From Carcharhinus amblyrhynchos (taxonomy: Eukaryota), in NCBI GenBank assembly GCA_965287045.1, contig OZ336885.1, positions 13,330,001 through 13,394,000 of the forward strand: 64,000 nt of DNA, written 5' to 3'. Under the pieces are notes generated by a model. The model searched no databases. It was not told where the DNA came from and saw only the letters and a program-made list of their open reading frames with translations. Both the position numbers and the translations under genes were made by a program. Positions 1 through 13,091 of the stretch are shown here, piece after piece (the stretch's first letter is position 1; the number at the start of each line of letters is the position of its first letter).

Positions 1-284
1 AGGCGGTTTAGAACGGAGTTGAGGAGGAACTTCTTCACTCAAAGGGTGGTGAATCTCTGGAATTCTCTGCCCGTTGAAGTGGTGGAGGCTGCCTCGCTAA
101 ATATTTTTAAGAAGCGGGTTGATGGGTTTTTGATAAGAGAAGGGATTAAGGGTTATGGGGAGAGGGCGGGAAAGTGGAACTGAGCCACGACAGATCAGCC
201 ATGATCTTATTGAATGGCGGGGCAGGCTCGAGGGGCTAGATGGCCTACTCCTGCTCCTATTTCTTATGTTCTTATGTTCTTATG
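1..284 (+). mobile_element. 3' end of young CR1 (HER1-like) LINE
   Basis: Encodes ...FRTELRRNFFTQRVVNLWNSLP...; ends in (TTCTTATG)n tail; near-identical to 39496-40162 and 42134-42602. Confidence 0.92.
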
Positions 285-1001
285 TAATTGCCCCTTAATG
301 TCCCAAGATGTATTTGTTAGGGGGATTAGCAGGATATATGCATGAAATTACAGGAATTTCAGTGCCAGTGTAATGCCAGGTATGTAGGCCATACATTCCA
401 ATGACTAGTAAATCATTTCAAACAGTTCTTCCCTTCGGCTGTTCACAACAGGCAAAGTACTGACTGTTCTCAACCAGCCTGTGCTTGAAAAATTCAAAAA
501 CATAGTGTCCAACATGAGTTGTGATTCCACAATTGGACAACACTTAATAAACATTCCTGGAGGTGCTCAGAATGAAACTCAGAACCAATTTAAGAATATC
601 AGTTGAGCTTGGTGTGGCTCATGTACGCACACTGGAAGATACATATATTCACACATACAACCATGTCTTTTGCAGACAGATGGAGCATATCCTTTGTTTT
701 ACTTAGCCACTTTACTTTGACATCTGTGCTAAAAGCAACTGTATTGCAAAATGATTGTACAGGATGAAATTGTGAAACTTTGTCCTTATTTCCATCAAAG
801 TAACTATTTTATTTGCTGAAACATGTAACATTCTATTTGTAAGAACTGATGTGACTTGTGATACCAAAAATATCTAGGGCAACGTGACCTGATGTGATAA
901 ATTGGACTTTCTGATTGCTAATGGATGCTACACTGAACAGTTAAAAAGTAAGTAACTCAACCTGTAAGTGATAATTTAACCAGGGACTATTCATTTATTT
1001 T

Positions 1002-1262
1002 TGTGATGACCCCCACAAAGTCCATGGGAATCACTGATTGATTTCCCTGTCCGGCTCACCGAACATGAGTTCCCCTGGTAACAGGCAATGGCCTAACTGG
1101 CTGGAACTTATTACCTAAACCTTTTATAAGGCAGGCCCAGGACTGTGATTGCTGGACATAGTCCCAGATAGGGACTACTGTGTGTATAACATAGTAGCGA
1201 CTTTATTTTGCATTCTGCAATGAAGTATGTTCCTTTCGAGTCAGGATTCCTGAGTCATTACA
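1002..1262 (+). repeat. 5' LTR
   Basis: TGTGATGAC...GTCATTACA termini (TG..CA, short inverted repeat); homologous to 3801-4062. Confidence 0.88.
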
Positions 1263-1560
1263 TTGGCAATGAGAAACAAAATCTTTCAAACAGCTTTGCC
1301 TTTCAACAAATTCAGTCAGACAGTGATGGGGAGATATGGAAAATGCTGCAGTTTGGGAAACCGGAAACTTATGATGCTGCTGTGGAGTATTGGTCCCACA
1401 ACACTGAAAAAAGTCACTGAATTCTTGATGAGATTGCAGAAATTGTTGGAACACTATGAAAAGGAGTTAGCACTTCAGGAATTGTTAAGGGATCATTTCG
1501 TATGTGGAATTAATAATATTGAAACCCAAAGGAAGCTATTGGCCAAACCAAATCTGAACC
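1263..1560 (+). pseudogene. Gypsy gag remnant
   Basis: LRDHFVCGINNIETQRKLLAKPNLNL resembles the LRDxxVxGI...IQxKLL gag motif; frameshifted. Confidence 0.7.
1264..1273 (+). other. Primer binding site, probably tRNA-Ser(GCU)
   Basis: TGGCAATGAG 1 nt after the LTR equals TGGCGACGAG with both CpGs decayed. Confidence 0.6.
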
Positions 1561-2349
1561 TCAGATTTTATGCAAAAATGCATAAAAAGGGGCCTAAGAG
1601 CTTCAGGGGTCCATAAACAGTACTGTCCACAGGCTTGTGCAACGCCCCCCCACCCATCACCCCACACCACCGCAGTGCCAAGTCCCCAGTGGATAGCCCT
1701 CATTTCTCCTATTTCTTGCCAAGAAAGGGTGATTGGAGTTGGCGGCTGTGAGATTCCAGAACTAGATGGGAAGTCTCTCCACATTACAGTGAGGAGTAAG
1801 CACATCTGTGCTGCACTTGTAGTCATAGATTCTGCCCCAGACATGGCTACCAAAACAGACAAAATGTGTACCGCCCAGGCTGAAGAGTGAAGCCACGTTA
1901 GGGCGGGGCTTTACGAATTAATCAGCCCAAGAATGAGGAATGTGGCTAAATCGCATCATTGCACCCAAGTGTCTCTAATCAAGATTAAACCAAGTTAAAT
2001 GGCCACTCCCTAGACATGGAGGTTTTCATAGGAGATGCCGTATCTATTATTGGGGAGCAAACTTCTCGGTGATTCTGATTCGGTATCTTCTCTTCAGCTA
2101 CACTGGCTACATAAACCACGGAGCCCTTACATATTGCTGGGACCATTGTAAACCCAGTTACACACAGGCAATGGATAGTCTGCCTAATAGTGCTGCAACA
2201 ACCAGTCTTTTAGGAAGAGATTGGCTATGGAAAATTTGCCTGGATTGACAACAGATCTTTAAAATGAGGACTGGCAATTATAACAAAGTTATTGGGACGT
2301 GTCCCAAAGTGTTCCAAGAAGGCTTCGGGAATATTAAAGGCAAATGAAT

Positions 2350-2621
2350 CAGTGCTGAGGGAGTGCCGCACTATCAAAGTGTTAGTCCTGAGGGAATGCT
2401 GCACTGTCAGAGGATCAGTACTGAGCGAGTGCTGCACTGTCAGAGGGTAAGTACTGAGAGAGCGTTGCACTGTCAGAGACTCAGTACTGAGCAGTGCTGC
2501 ACTGTCGGAGGGTCAGTACTGAGCAGTGCTGCACTGTCAGATGGTTAGTACTGAGTTAGTGCTGCGCTGTCACAGGGTCACTGCTCAGGGAGTGAGCAGT
2601 GACTCTCTGACAGCGCAGTAC
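2350..2621 (+). repeat. 33-bp minisatellite (about 7.5 units) ending in a fold-back inversion
   Basis: Unit CAGTACTGAGGGAGTGCTGCACTGTCAGAGGGT; last unit mirrored at 2593-2621. Confidence 0.9.
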
Positions 2622-3230
2622 CCCCTATGTGCCAAAGTAGAGGATGAATTGGAACACCTAGAGGAACATGGCATTTTATGCCCTATTCAATCTGCTGAAT
2701 TGGCATGCCAGTAGTTCCAGTTTTAAAACCTGACAATTTGGTCCATCTCTATGGGGACTATAAGTTAATGGTAAACTGAGCTTCCTGCTTATACAGATAT
2801 CCTATGCCATGCAAATTAAGATTTGTATGCCAAGCTCACTGAGAGTCACATATTTTCCAAATTAAACATGAGCTACGCCTACGTCCAATTGAACCTTAGG
2901 TGTCACCCAGGAAATACATCACCATATATACACACAAAGGACTATATGTGTATACTCTTTGCCCCTTTGGATGTATTTGGCTGCATAATTTTTCAAAAAA
3001 TGATGGAAAACATTCTTCAAGGGGTGTCCAGAATGGCAGTCTATCTGGATGACATTTTAATCTCAGAAATTACTGCAAAGGAACATTTGTAAAGTTTGGA
3101 GGAGGGTTTACAGCTTTTTTTCTGATGCTGGCCCCCAATTAAAAAGGGAAAAATGTGTTCCAGGTTAACGAGGTAACAGAGTTGACAAGGATGGATTACA
3201 CCCTGTCGAAGAGAAGGTGAAACCCAGAGA
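2622..3230 (+). pseudogene. Gypsy reverse transcriptase remnant
   Basis: AKVEDELEHLEEHGILCPIQ, PVLKPD..GDYK, FSKLNMSYAYVQL, IFQKMMENILQG, VYLDDILI (YxDD); stops and frameshifts. Confidence 0.88.
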
Positions 3231-3784
3231 AGGATCCATGATGGTCAGAAACCAGATAGTGACTTTGAACCAGGAATTTAAGTTACACCTCTCCGTGGAT
3301 TCCGGGAGTTATTCTCGAAAAAACAGGACTTCTGTCTTATAAGGTAAAAACCAGGGAGAAGATCTTCAAGAAGATCACCTTGGTCACAGGGAACTCTCCT
3401 CAGAGACAACTGTTTCTATGGACATGCCACGTTGGTGTCGTTCACATCAGTACATAAGTGGAAAACTCCACCCCCTTGAAAATTCAAGAGCATCATCTGG
3501 ACAATGAAGACTGGCTCAGACACGAAGACAAAAGTGGTGGAGATCTAGTCAGAGGTTGCTAATGAGAATGAGCCCCGTGTAGTGGCTCTTCGGCTCGTTG
3601 TGGAAGAGGCACTCATTTATCCATTACACGGTCTCCCCCCGCCACCCCCCCATCCCCGCAACCCTCTCCACCACCCCACCCCTCCCTCCCGACCATACCC
3701 CACAAACCTTGGAAATGAGGTCTCGGGCAAAGAGATGGAGAAGGTCCCATCATCATCGGAGCAATGGGGAGCCCTCAAACTTGG

Positions 3785-4062
3785 AAGGGGGGAAGAGGGA
3801 TATAATTACCCCCACGAGATCCCATGGTGAATCACTGATTGATCTTCCTGTGGGGCTCATTGAGAATGTGTTCCCCTGGTAACAGGCAGTGGCCTGCCCA
3901 GCTACAACTCATTACCTAATCCTTTTACGAGGCAAGCCCAGGACTGAACCTGCTAAATGTAGTCGCAGGCAGGGACCAGTGTGTGTATACCACAGTTGTG
4001 TTTTATTTTGCACTCTGTAATAAACAATGTTCCTTTCCAGTCAAGCTTCCTGAGTCATTACA
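3785..4062 (+). repeat. Polypurine tract (3785-3800) and 3' LTR (3801-4062)
   Basis: AAGGGGGGAAGAGGGA immediately before a repeat ending GTCATTACA; AATAAA near the LTR 3' end. Confidence 0.88.
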
Positions 4063-5299
4063 CTGCTGAACAAAAATAAACTTTTATGTTGTAAAGTCTT
4101 GTTTTGTACTATCCTCACACATTTGTGCCGACTGAAAGATGCACTGGCATGGTTTGGAGAGAAAAGGATTACATGGCTGTATGTCTGCTTTAAAACACTG
4201 GGCTCGGTGTTTAAAATGTCTTTAAAAGTGTCTTTAAAAATTCTTTTAAAAATGCTGCATTTTTCAATTTGCTCAGTCATTTCTTTTTGGGATTTTTTTG
4301 TACATTTAAAGGTGTGATATAAATGAATTCAGTGGTGTAAGTAGCCTATGAGTGTAACATCACTTGTTGTATAAACATACTGCAGCCCAGAATAGTTTGG
4401 CTGGAGAATGTGCCAGTGACATCTCCTTTCACAGACTTCCCAGTCTTGGCTGAGATATCAAAGTGACAAGTACCAAATGGAGTATTCCTAATAGGGAGGA
4501 AAAATTGAGCGAGTTGCCATAACCTGTTGCTTAAATTGCCATTAGCACAGTCCCGGGGATTGTTGAAACTAAAACTGTAAAAGCTTTTTGTCTTTGTCTC
4601 CACGTCACAGCCTGACAGGGTGACATATAATATTCAAATCAATACTGCTGTCAATTTGTGCATGTGTCATAACGGATTTAGGTGTGTGATTTACTAATTA
4701 ATCACCAAGGATGGAACTCAACTAAGAATAGCTTCTTCCAAATCCCAGACTGTGAAATTCTATCAGTATACCAGAAATAGAAGTGCAACTACAACAGAGC
4801 TGCTGAGACTTTGTATCTAGTTTTGCATAGGCCATCAGCCCTGCTTTGGAGACTTCAGCTGAGAACTTTTTGGCCCCCTCCCCCAGTTTTTCAGGGGGCG
4901 GCTTGGAACATAAAATTACTTGGGGTGAGGTAGGCCTTTCCTCATTTCATGGCGGCCAGGCCCCGTGCTGGTCATATGAATGTTAGGGAAAAATATTCTA
5001 TGCGCATTTTCAATTGATTACTTTTACAGAATGGATGCCTACAAAGGTTATCCTCAATTTAAGCCACTCATTGGTAGGTTTTTAGTGTGATACACAATGG
5101 GATTGTGATAGTACCATGGAGTTTAATTTCAGTGATAAATGTCGTCAATGATCATTTAATTGCATTAATTGTCACATAAGTACCTGTGTGGTTCCTTTCA
5201 TTTCAAATTATCCATAGAATTTAGTTCTTTAACCATTCTTTCAAACAACTGTATTTTTACTTAAATACTGGAAGGTACTGTGCTGTTGTATTAGTTGCT

Positions 5300-6400
5300 T
5301 ATATTTTAAAATTCATTTTGAGGATGTTGATGTCACTGACAAGGTCAGGATATGTTGCCCATCCCTGTTTGCCCTGAAAATGTGGTGCTTGTCCTTTATG
5401 AGGGTTTATATTCCCTGTGGTAAAGTTGTTGAACCTCCAAAGCTGTTGGTGGGAAGTTACATGTTTTTTAGCCAGCAATGATGAAAGGTGTTTCCAAGTC
5501 AGGGTGATGCATGATATGGAGGGGAATTTGATTGTAATAATCATCCGAAGCACCTGCATCCTTCTAAATAATGGAGGTTACGAGTTTGGGAGGTGTTGCT
5601 GTTAAGATTTGGCAATTTGCTGCTGCACACATTAAGGTAGTATACTGTTTCATTATTGAAGAGATTGAGAACGGAGCTAAGCAAACAATCAGACCTCTAA
5701 GCAAACATTTAGACCTTAAGAAGAGGTCAGAGATGAAGCAGTTGAGATGGTTGGTCCTTGGTACAATGATGTCCACTGGAGAATCTCCCCCCAGATCCTA
5801 CTAACTTAAATTTTACAAGGACTCCCTTTGATATTTGATCAAAAGTTGCCTTGGCATCAAGCAAGTTAACTCTCATGTTATTTCTGGAATTCAGTTCTTG
5901 TGGCCATGTTTAGGTAGGGCTATCAATGAGGTCAACAGCTCTTTTGTAGAAACAAAAGCGAGCATCAATGAAGTTAATTTTTGAGTAAATACAGCATGAT
6001 AACACTGCTGATTACTCCTTTCATCACTTTACTGATAATTGCGAGTAGGTTGATTTTAGGTGTTAATTGGCTGGATTAGATTTTTCCTTTTTTGTGGGCA
6101 GAACAGATCTGTGCAATTATCCCAAATTGTGAAGTAGATGCCAATTTTGTAGTAATACAGAAACAGCTTGGCTAGGGGCATGGCTAATTCTGAAGCATAT
6201 GTTCAATATGACAATCAGAATATTTTCCAGGCCCATAGTCTTTGGTGTGGCCAGTGCACTACTCTGATCCTGAAATTGACTGAAGATTGACATTCATGAT
6301 GGTAGTGACATCAAGAGGAGGTTGGATATGATTGTCCACCTGAACTTCCAGTTGACGCTTGTTGTAAATACAAAGATTAGCATCTTCTAACATAAGTTCA
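5300..6400 (-). mobile_element. Degraded CR1/L2-group LINE fragment (second family)
   Basis: Similar to 28040-29475, 31510-32000 and 47890-48590. Confidence 0.6.
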
Positions 6401-6825
6401 GAATTGCTTGCAGGCTAAATCCTGGAAACCCTGCCTCACCTTTACCAATCTCTGAACTCAGTGAATAGGCTTTGCACTTTCACCCTCTCCCCCAAGTCCC
6501 TATCCTCTACCTTTCACATTTGAGTTCTAGTCCTCCACTGCCTGCACCCCTCTGGAATTACCTCTGATAGTGCTCATTATTCACTTACTTGAGTCTTGAT
6601 GCACTGCCTCCCCCCACCCATCTACTTGAGCCCCAGTAACTTACTTCTCCCATTATACTGTGGAAGAAGTTCACTTCAAAAAAAAGTATTGCCTGGTGAG
6701 CACTAGAATGCATAATTGTGTAAATCATCAGCTGATGATACTTCAATAAGTACTTAGCATTTTAGACATACTACTCAAAAGGTGCTGTTGTATGGATCGT
6801 GTGTTGTTGGATTGTTGGACTAACA

Positions 6826-6995
6826 TTTAGAACAAAGAACAACACAGTGCAGGATCAGGCCCTTCGGCCCTCCAAGCCTGCGCTGATCATGTTTACCTAC
6901 CCAGACCAACCGCTTAGATCCCTTTATTCCCCATTTGTTCATATGTCTATCAATGTAAATCTTAAATGTGGTGAATGTAGCTGCCTCAACTACCA
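6826..6995 (-). mobile_element. CR1 3' end fragment
   Basis: AGAACAAAGAACAA tail plus CAGGCCCTTCGGCCC, shared with the 33570 and 57218 copies. Confidence 0.7.
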
Positions 6996-7949
6996 TTTAA
7001 CAAAAACTTCTGCTATTGCTAAATTAATTGATAGAAATAGGTCGGAGGCTTTATCAGCATATGTCAATCTTGATGTGATTGGTCAATTATAATGATTGAA
7101 TTGGCCTGATCTGTATTTAATTACTGTGGCCAAAGTCCATTGGATGCATTAATATCAATTCAGCAATGAAGTTGATTATCCACAATGCCACTAACTTCAT
7201 TCTGGATCCCATCAAGAATCTATTTAATGATGTTTTTTTTAACTAAACATGCTTGTTTTATTTCTATATCTTTATGATGGATTTTAACATATTATGCTAA
7301 TTACCTTTTTACTTATTTTGCCAAAGATATAGTTTTATCCTTTGCTTTTTTTTAGAAACCAGAGGCTGCTTACCCTAGATTCCAATTGAGAAACTACAGA
7401 CATTTCCAGAATATCTGGCAATGCTGTTCTGCATTACATCAGGAAAAGCTGCTGAAATATAAAGCATCAATTACACAACGCCACTTCAGTCAGTGCTGCG
7501 TCAGACATCAACTCTGCATCTGTGACAAACCTGAGTGTCCATGATTCAAGTGCAGGTCTCCTCTAAGCATGTAACATATTATATCTTACTTATATGAGAC
7601 AGGGAATGGACAGGATTCACGAATCTTCTTTATTCCTGGTTAGAAATTTATAATTGTTTCAAAATTATGTTTTTTATAACTACTTTTCAATCTTTAAGTC
7701 AATCATGTCAAATTCCAGATATTTTCCAACCAAAATCTTTTATTGAGTTCAATTTCTCCATTAGGAGGAATAACAGCATGATGCATTTTTCAAAATTAAG
7801 TTTGAAAAATTGTGGGCAGGTAATCAATAAGTTCTAGTAACTGGAAAGTAGGAGCAGGTACTATTAGGTCATAATATTATATCATATAATGTAAACACAT
7901 TGCCTATAATGTAAGTTTTGAGTGTAGCAGGCACTTAAACCACAATATA

Positions 7950-8720
7950 ATTACAGATTTATTACAGTGCAGAAGAAGGCTATTCAGCCCATAATACCTA
8001 CATCAGTTCTCCAAATGAGCATTTTATCTCATGCCATTTTTCTGACTCCTCCCTGTAATCCTTATCATTTTTTAGATAATCATTTAATTCCATCTTGAAT
8101 GTCTCAATTGAACCTGCCTCCACCACACTGTCAGGCAGTGCATTCCAGACGCTAACCACTCACTGTGTGAAGTGTTTTCCTCATATTGCTTGTGCTTCTT
8201 TTACCAAATATTTTCAATTTGTGCCTTCCTATTCTTGAGCTTTTCATGAGTGGGAACCATTTTCTCCTGTCTGCTCTGTCAAGGCCCCGCATGATTTAGA
8301 ATATTTTATCAAATTTTCCCTCAGTTTTCTTTTCTCCAAGGAAATAAGTCTCAACTCCTCTAATTCATCTTTACAACAGAAGTTTCTCATCATTGAGAAC
8401 CACTTTTGTAAGTCTCTTCTGCTCTCTCCAATGCCTCCACATCCTTATAAAGTGTAGTGGCGAGTCCAACGATGTGCAAGTTGGGTGGATTGGCCATGCT
8501 AAATTGTCCCTTAGTGTCAGGAGGACTAGCTAGGGTAAATACATGGAGCTGTGGGGATAGGGCCTGGGTGGGATTATAATCAATGCAGACTCGATGGGCC
8601 AATTGGCCTCCTTCTGCACTGTAGGATTCTACGATCCTGTGATTCTGAAAACTATATGCAATATTCCAGCTGAGGTCTAACTAGTGTTTCATACAAGATT
8701 GACATAAGTCCCTCTGCTCC
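7950..8720 (-). mobile_element. Old CR1 3' fragment interrupted by a partial HE1 SINE (8462-8646, +)
   Basis: YKDVEALERA motif; SINE ends CTGTAGGATTCTACGAT. Confidence 0.7.
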
Positions 8721-9756
8721 TGAGTGTGATTCAAAGCCCACTCAAACAGCGTTCTAATTTTCAATGCGTTCGAATTTTACTTCACTCACTTAACAAACTG
8801 ACAGTGACTAGCCAAGAATGTTTACCTGAAAATTTGGAGTTGAGTAACAGTGTTTGATCACTCTAACTGTTAGCAATGAGAGCCTGTCACTGCCTATTGC
8901 TCTTATGGCACTTCCAGGGGAAATAATTTACTAGTTACTTCTCAATATACTTTTAGCTAGATCAAAAAAAAATGCAGAGCCAAGAATCAAATTGAGCTGC
9001 CGGGAATAACTTTTTGCTTTTCTTCATAAATCAGCAACATTTTGAAGATCTTTCTATATTAAGGGGAGTCAAAATATATTGTAAAATTACTTTGTGAATA
9101 GTTGTGAAAATATAAAAACATTATTATAAATGAAAGATGTCAGAATATTGAAGAATCTGTTTGAAGAATATTATATAAATGCTGCATTACTGTGGTCATG
9201 CTGTCATGGAAAGACACCAAATAGAGATCAGGTGCTTTTCACAGAGTGGAAACATCGGTGAGTGAATGATCAAGATGCATTTGTCGCTGATGTCCCTTAT
9301 GGATGCTTCCAGAGCAACACAGGCAGGAACATGAATGTGCTTTGGCTGCCTGTCTGCCCTCTACTGTTCTTCACCTACATTACAATATGGATATCCTTAA
9401 AAAAGTTATGAGAAATGGTTTCCAATATTGCCTGGGCTTCCTAAGAAGCAAACATTTCGGCTGTTGATTTTTAATCCCAAGAATAAATCAGACTGAAAGA
9501 AAACAGGATAACAGAAATCAACTTGTCAGACATTGGCCATTTAGATGCCAGCTTCTGAAACAAATGAACAAATTGTGTTGCCACAAATAAAGTTGTTTTC
9601 AATATTACATCTGAATTGTTCCTGTTTACATTCCTAATTTTTAATCTTTGATTCTTTTTCTCTATCTTTTGATTTTATTCCCCTCTAGTCTTTTAATAGG
9701 AGTACTTCTTGTTCACGTTCTTTATCATAATCTTGATGGAACTTTTTAATGTGATT

Positions 9757-10220
9757 TTTGATTTGATTTATTGTTGTCACATGTATTAGTACACAGTGAA
9801 AAGTATTGTTTCTTGCACACTATACAGACAAAGCATACTGTTCATAGAGAAGGAAAGGAGAGTGCAGAATGTAGTGTTACAGTCATTGCTAGGGTATAGA
9901 GAAAGATAAACTTAACGTGAGGTAGGTCCATTCAAAAGTCTGATGGCAGCAGGGAAGAAGCTGTTCTTGAATCGGTCAGTACCTGTCCTCAGATTTTTGT
10001 ATCTTTTACCCAATGGAAGAAGGTGGGAGAGAGAATGTCTAGGTTGCTTGGGGTCCTTAATTATGCTGCTGTGTTTCTGAGGCAGCAGGAAGTGTAGACA
10101 GTGTCAATGGGTGGGAGGCTGTTTTGAGAGATGGACTGGGCTTCATTCACAACACTTTGTACTTTCTTGCAGCCTTGTTTAGAGCCAGACCAAGCTGTGA
10201 TACAACCAGAAAGAATGCAA
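9757..10220 (-). mobile_element. Rex1/Babar-like LINE 3' end
   Basis: ILSGCITAW...VVNEAQSISQNSLPPIDTVYTSCCLR; (ATTTG)n tail; matches the 23508 and 38805 copies. Confidence 0.8.
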
Positions 10221-10661
10221 TTTTGTTGATTATCACAATTTTTATTAATGGTAGGAGATCCATATGAATGGAATTGTGTAGGAATTGATGCTGGAGCCGT
10301 TTTTCTTTGCAAACTGATCTGGTACAACAATATTCTGAATGAAGACTTTGAAAGTACCATCAGCAAGTTTTCAAATAACATGAAGATCTGTGCTGCTGTT
10401 AGAAACTTTGAGGAGGAATGACGACAGTTTGATGAAGGGAGTAAATTGTTTATATGTGGACACTATTTGAAAGAGGGAACATTCCTACAAGGTAAAGTTA
10501 AATCAAATGTCAGCAGATTTTTATAAGGGTATTATTTACCTTTGCAATAGATTGTCAGCTAATTTAGTGGATGCAAAATTGCCTCAAATACTCACAGGTA
10601 GCTAGATCAGTTCCTGGAGAAGACTGTTAGCTCTGCAGCTAGGTGGGGTGTTGCTACCTCC

Positions 10662-11000
10662 TGGGACAGTAATGTAGCGGTTATGTTACTTGACTGGTAA
10701 TTCAGAGAACGTGAGTTCGATCTGAATGATGACAGTTTGAGAATTTGTATTCAGTTAAAAAACCTGTAAATAAAAAGCTGGTATCTGTAAAAAAAAATTC
10801 TTTTAAAACACTTGGGGTGTCATAAAATCCTAGTTGGTTCACAAAGGAAACCTTATATGTCTGACTATATGTAGCACTAAGTTGTAAAAGGTCACGGAAA
10901 TGTGTTTCAGGAAGGTAGTCTATCACTTTAGGGCAACTAGAGATGGACAGTAAATGCTGGCCTTTCCAGCAATGCCCACATCCTGAGAATTGACAAAAAA
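10662..11000 (+). mobile_element. tRNA-derived SINE with LINE-shared tail GGGCAACTAG...TAAATGCTGGCC
   Basis: A/B-box-like head (GTTCGA); homologous to 53484-55670 and 59380-59722. Confidence 0.65.
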
Positions 11001-11424
11001 CAAATTTGTTTTTGATTGCCACTGAGGGTTGGAGAGAATTTTCCCAGAATTCTTTGTCCACCAAATTGACCTATGTTTACATATTTTTTGCCTCTCCCAA
11101 GATGGTGCAAGGTAAATCAGGAGTATTGGAGATTGTTTTGCTCAGTTTACAGCATAGGTGAATGGGACAGACTGGATTACTTGCTTTCTTTCTGCCTGTC
11201 ATTTATATGATTCATATGACTAATGAAGAAAAACAAATAATCTTGTAAACAGACACAAATTTTGCTCATATTTATGTTTTCCTTAAGCTTTATAAACATA
11301 CCTTAAAGTAACTGATTGTTTGCTGGAACTCCATAGTCTTTGTACGCTGCACTCTAAAGAAAATTTGTGATTCTCTTTTCTGCACCTTTGGTGGCCATAC
11401 CTTCAGCTACCGAAAGCTCCAAAA

Positions 11425-11662
11425 TTCCCACCCCAACCGTGGGAATCTAGCAGACACGGTGGACCATGTAAAGGTCTGTTGACCTTGGGTAGGAATTTCT
11501 GGCCTTCGGGTAAGTGCGGCCGGAAAATCCCATCCTTAGTGTCGGGGGATTAGTAGGATAAATGCGTGAAGTTATGGGCATAGGGCCTGGGTAGGATTGT
11601 TGTCAGCGCAGGCCCAATGGGCCAGAGGTCTCCTTCTGCACTGTAGGGATTCTATAATTTTA
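11425..11662 (+). mobile_element. Short Harbinger-type MITE abutting the 3' half of an HE1 SINE
   Basis: Ends GGAAAATCCCATCC; then HE1 tail CTGCACTGTAGGGATTCTAT. Confidence 0.6.
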
Positions 11663-13091
11663 TGAAAAAGCCAGACACAATTTCATGAGGCCATGTGCTT
11701 TAAAATTCGACCAAGCTTTGGTCACCTGTCCTAATAACTCTTTGTGTGGCCTTGGGATAATTTGCTATGTTAAAGTTGCCATATGGATACAACCTGTTGT
11801 TTTTGGACTGTTTGGTGACAATAAACATTCTGGCACATGAACATAAGAACATAAGACATGAACAGCATAGAAACCAAAGCAGTCACTTAAATTACCTATT
11901 GAAACTCTTCTGGATATATAAAAATAAAAGTTCTTAAATTGTATTTTTGTTAGATTTATTTATTATGGTAAATACAAATAGTTTAAAGGAAATATTCAGA
12001 GGAATACGCCTAAATCTTTAAATTAAATTGATGTCTTTTTGTTAAAAAAAAGTCCTTAATAAGGATAGCAAAAATAGTAACAAATAAAACTTTTGTGAAG
12101 AAGGCTGACATGCTGTATAATTTGACTGATGCAACATTTCTGTGATTTTTCCGTACACAAATAGTCATCTAGGCCAGGTACTGAACAAAAGTAGGGACTC
12201 CACAACCAAGTTCAGCAAATTTTCTTCCGCCAAGTAGACAGAAAGTTCAAATTGGAGCCTGGGTGGACACATGGAATTGTTTTTCTTTCCCATAGACTAG
12301 TTATAGCAAAACTTTGGAAACAGAGAGCTTTCTGCACTGTTGGGCAATGATATTTGGCACAAGCGACCAAAGGAATCTTAGGAGGAGGAGGAAGAAATTA
12401 CTTTCTCCTCTACCCATGGCAGGCAACAGTTGTGAAGTCCTTGTAGATCAAGTATAGCACTGTAAGATAAAAAATAAAGTTCCTTATACTCTTTCAACAG
12501 AATGCTTCTGCTCCAGTCAAGGAAAACCCCCTACTGCATCAGTATAACATTACATCAGTCATTCTGGGCCTCAATGAGGAAAACTACTGATTATGGGAGT
12601 GCCAAATTAGGAATAGTTTTAGGATTGAATTCAGAGTGTCCAAACTCATCTCGTATTTCTCCCTTTCATGGACATTGAAATAAGATTCATTATTTAAAGT
12701 TTGTAGATTACTGAAAGGAAGCTTTCACTGTATATTAGGGTGAATTGATGTCTCCTCAAATTAGGTCATTGAATTTGGCACATGCACTGACAAGTGTGCA
12801 TGTGTAGAAGCACTGTTGGTGATCATCTTGTGTTGGCAAGTGTTACAGTTCTAACTTAAAACAGGAAATTACACTCAGTTGAATGCACCATTTTATTTCC
12901 AATTCATGGATTTGTCACCACCAAACAGAATCTTCTGTTTTATATGTCTAAGTTGATTGTTTTTGTTGCAATAAAAAAAGGGAACTGTATCAATTGATCT
13001 TTAATGATTATGTTTTGATTTTGTGGACTATTAAATGTGCTGTTTTGACGTGTCACTTTCCCATCTTCACTGTTGGCGCAAGCAGATTCAG

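Larger units (their letters stand above)
1002..4062 (+). mobile_element. Degenerate, internally deleted Gypsy/Ty3 LTR retrotransposon
   Basis: Two ~260-bp direct repeats, PBS, PPT, gag and RT remnants; no TSD recognisable. Confidence 0.88.

Noticed and set aside
2350-2600. Regular 33-bp repeats as a CRISPR array
   Set aside because: Head-to-tail tandem units with no unique spacers, no cas genes, eukaryotic context
7356-7555. Possible coding exon after a strong TTTTTTAG acceptor
   Set aside because: Stops in all three frames, poor donor and no recognisable peptide; a non-coding exon cannot be excluded
9245-9257. 13-nt AG...GTGAGT microexon
   Set aside because: Short pyrimidine tract and not frame-preserving; plausible by chance
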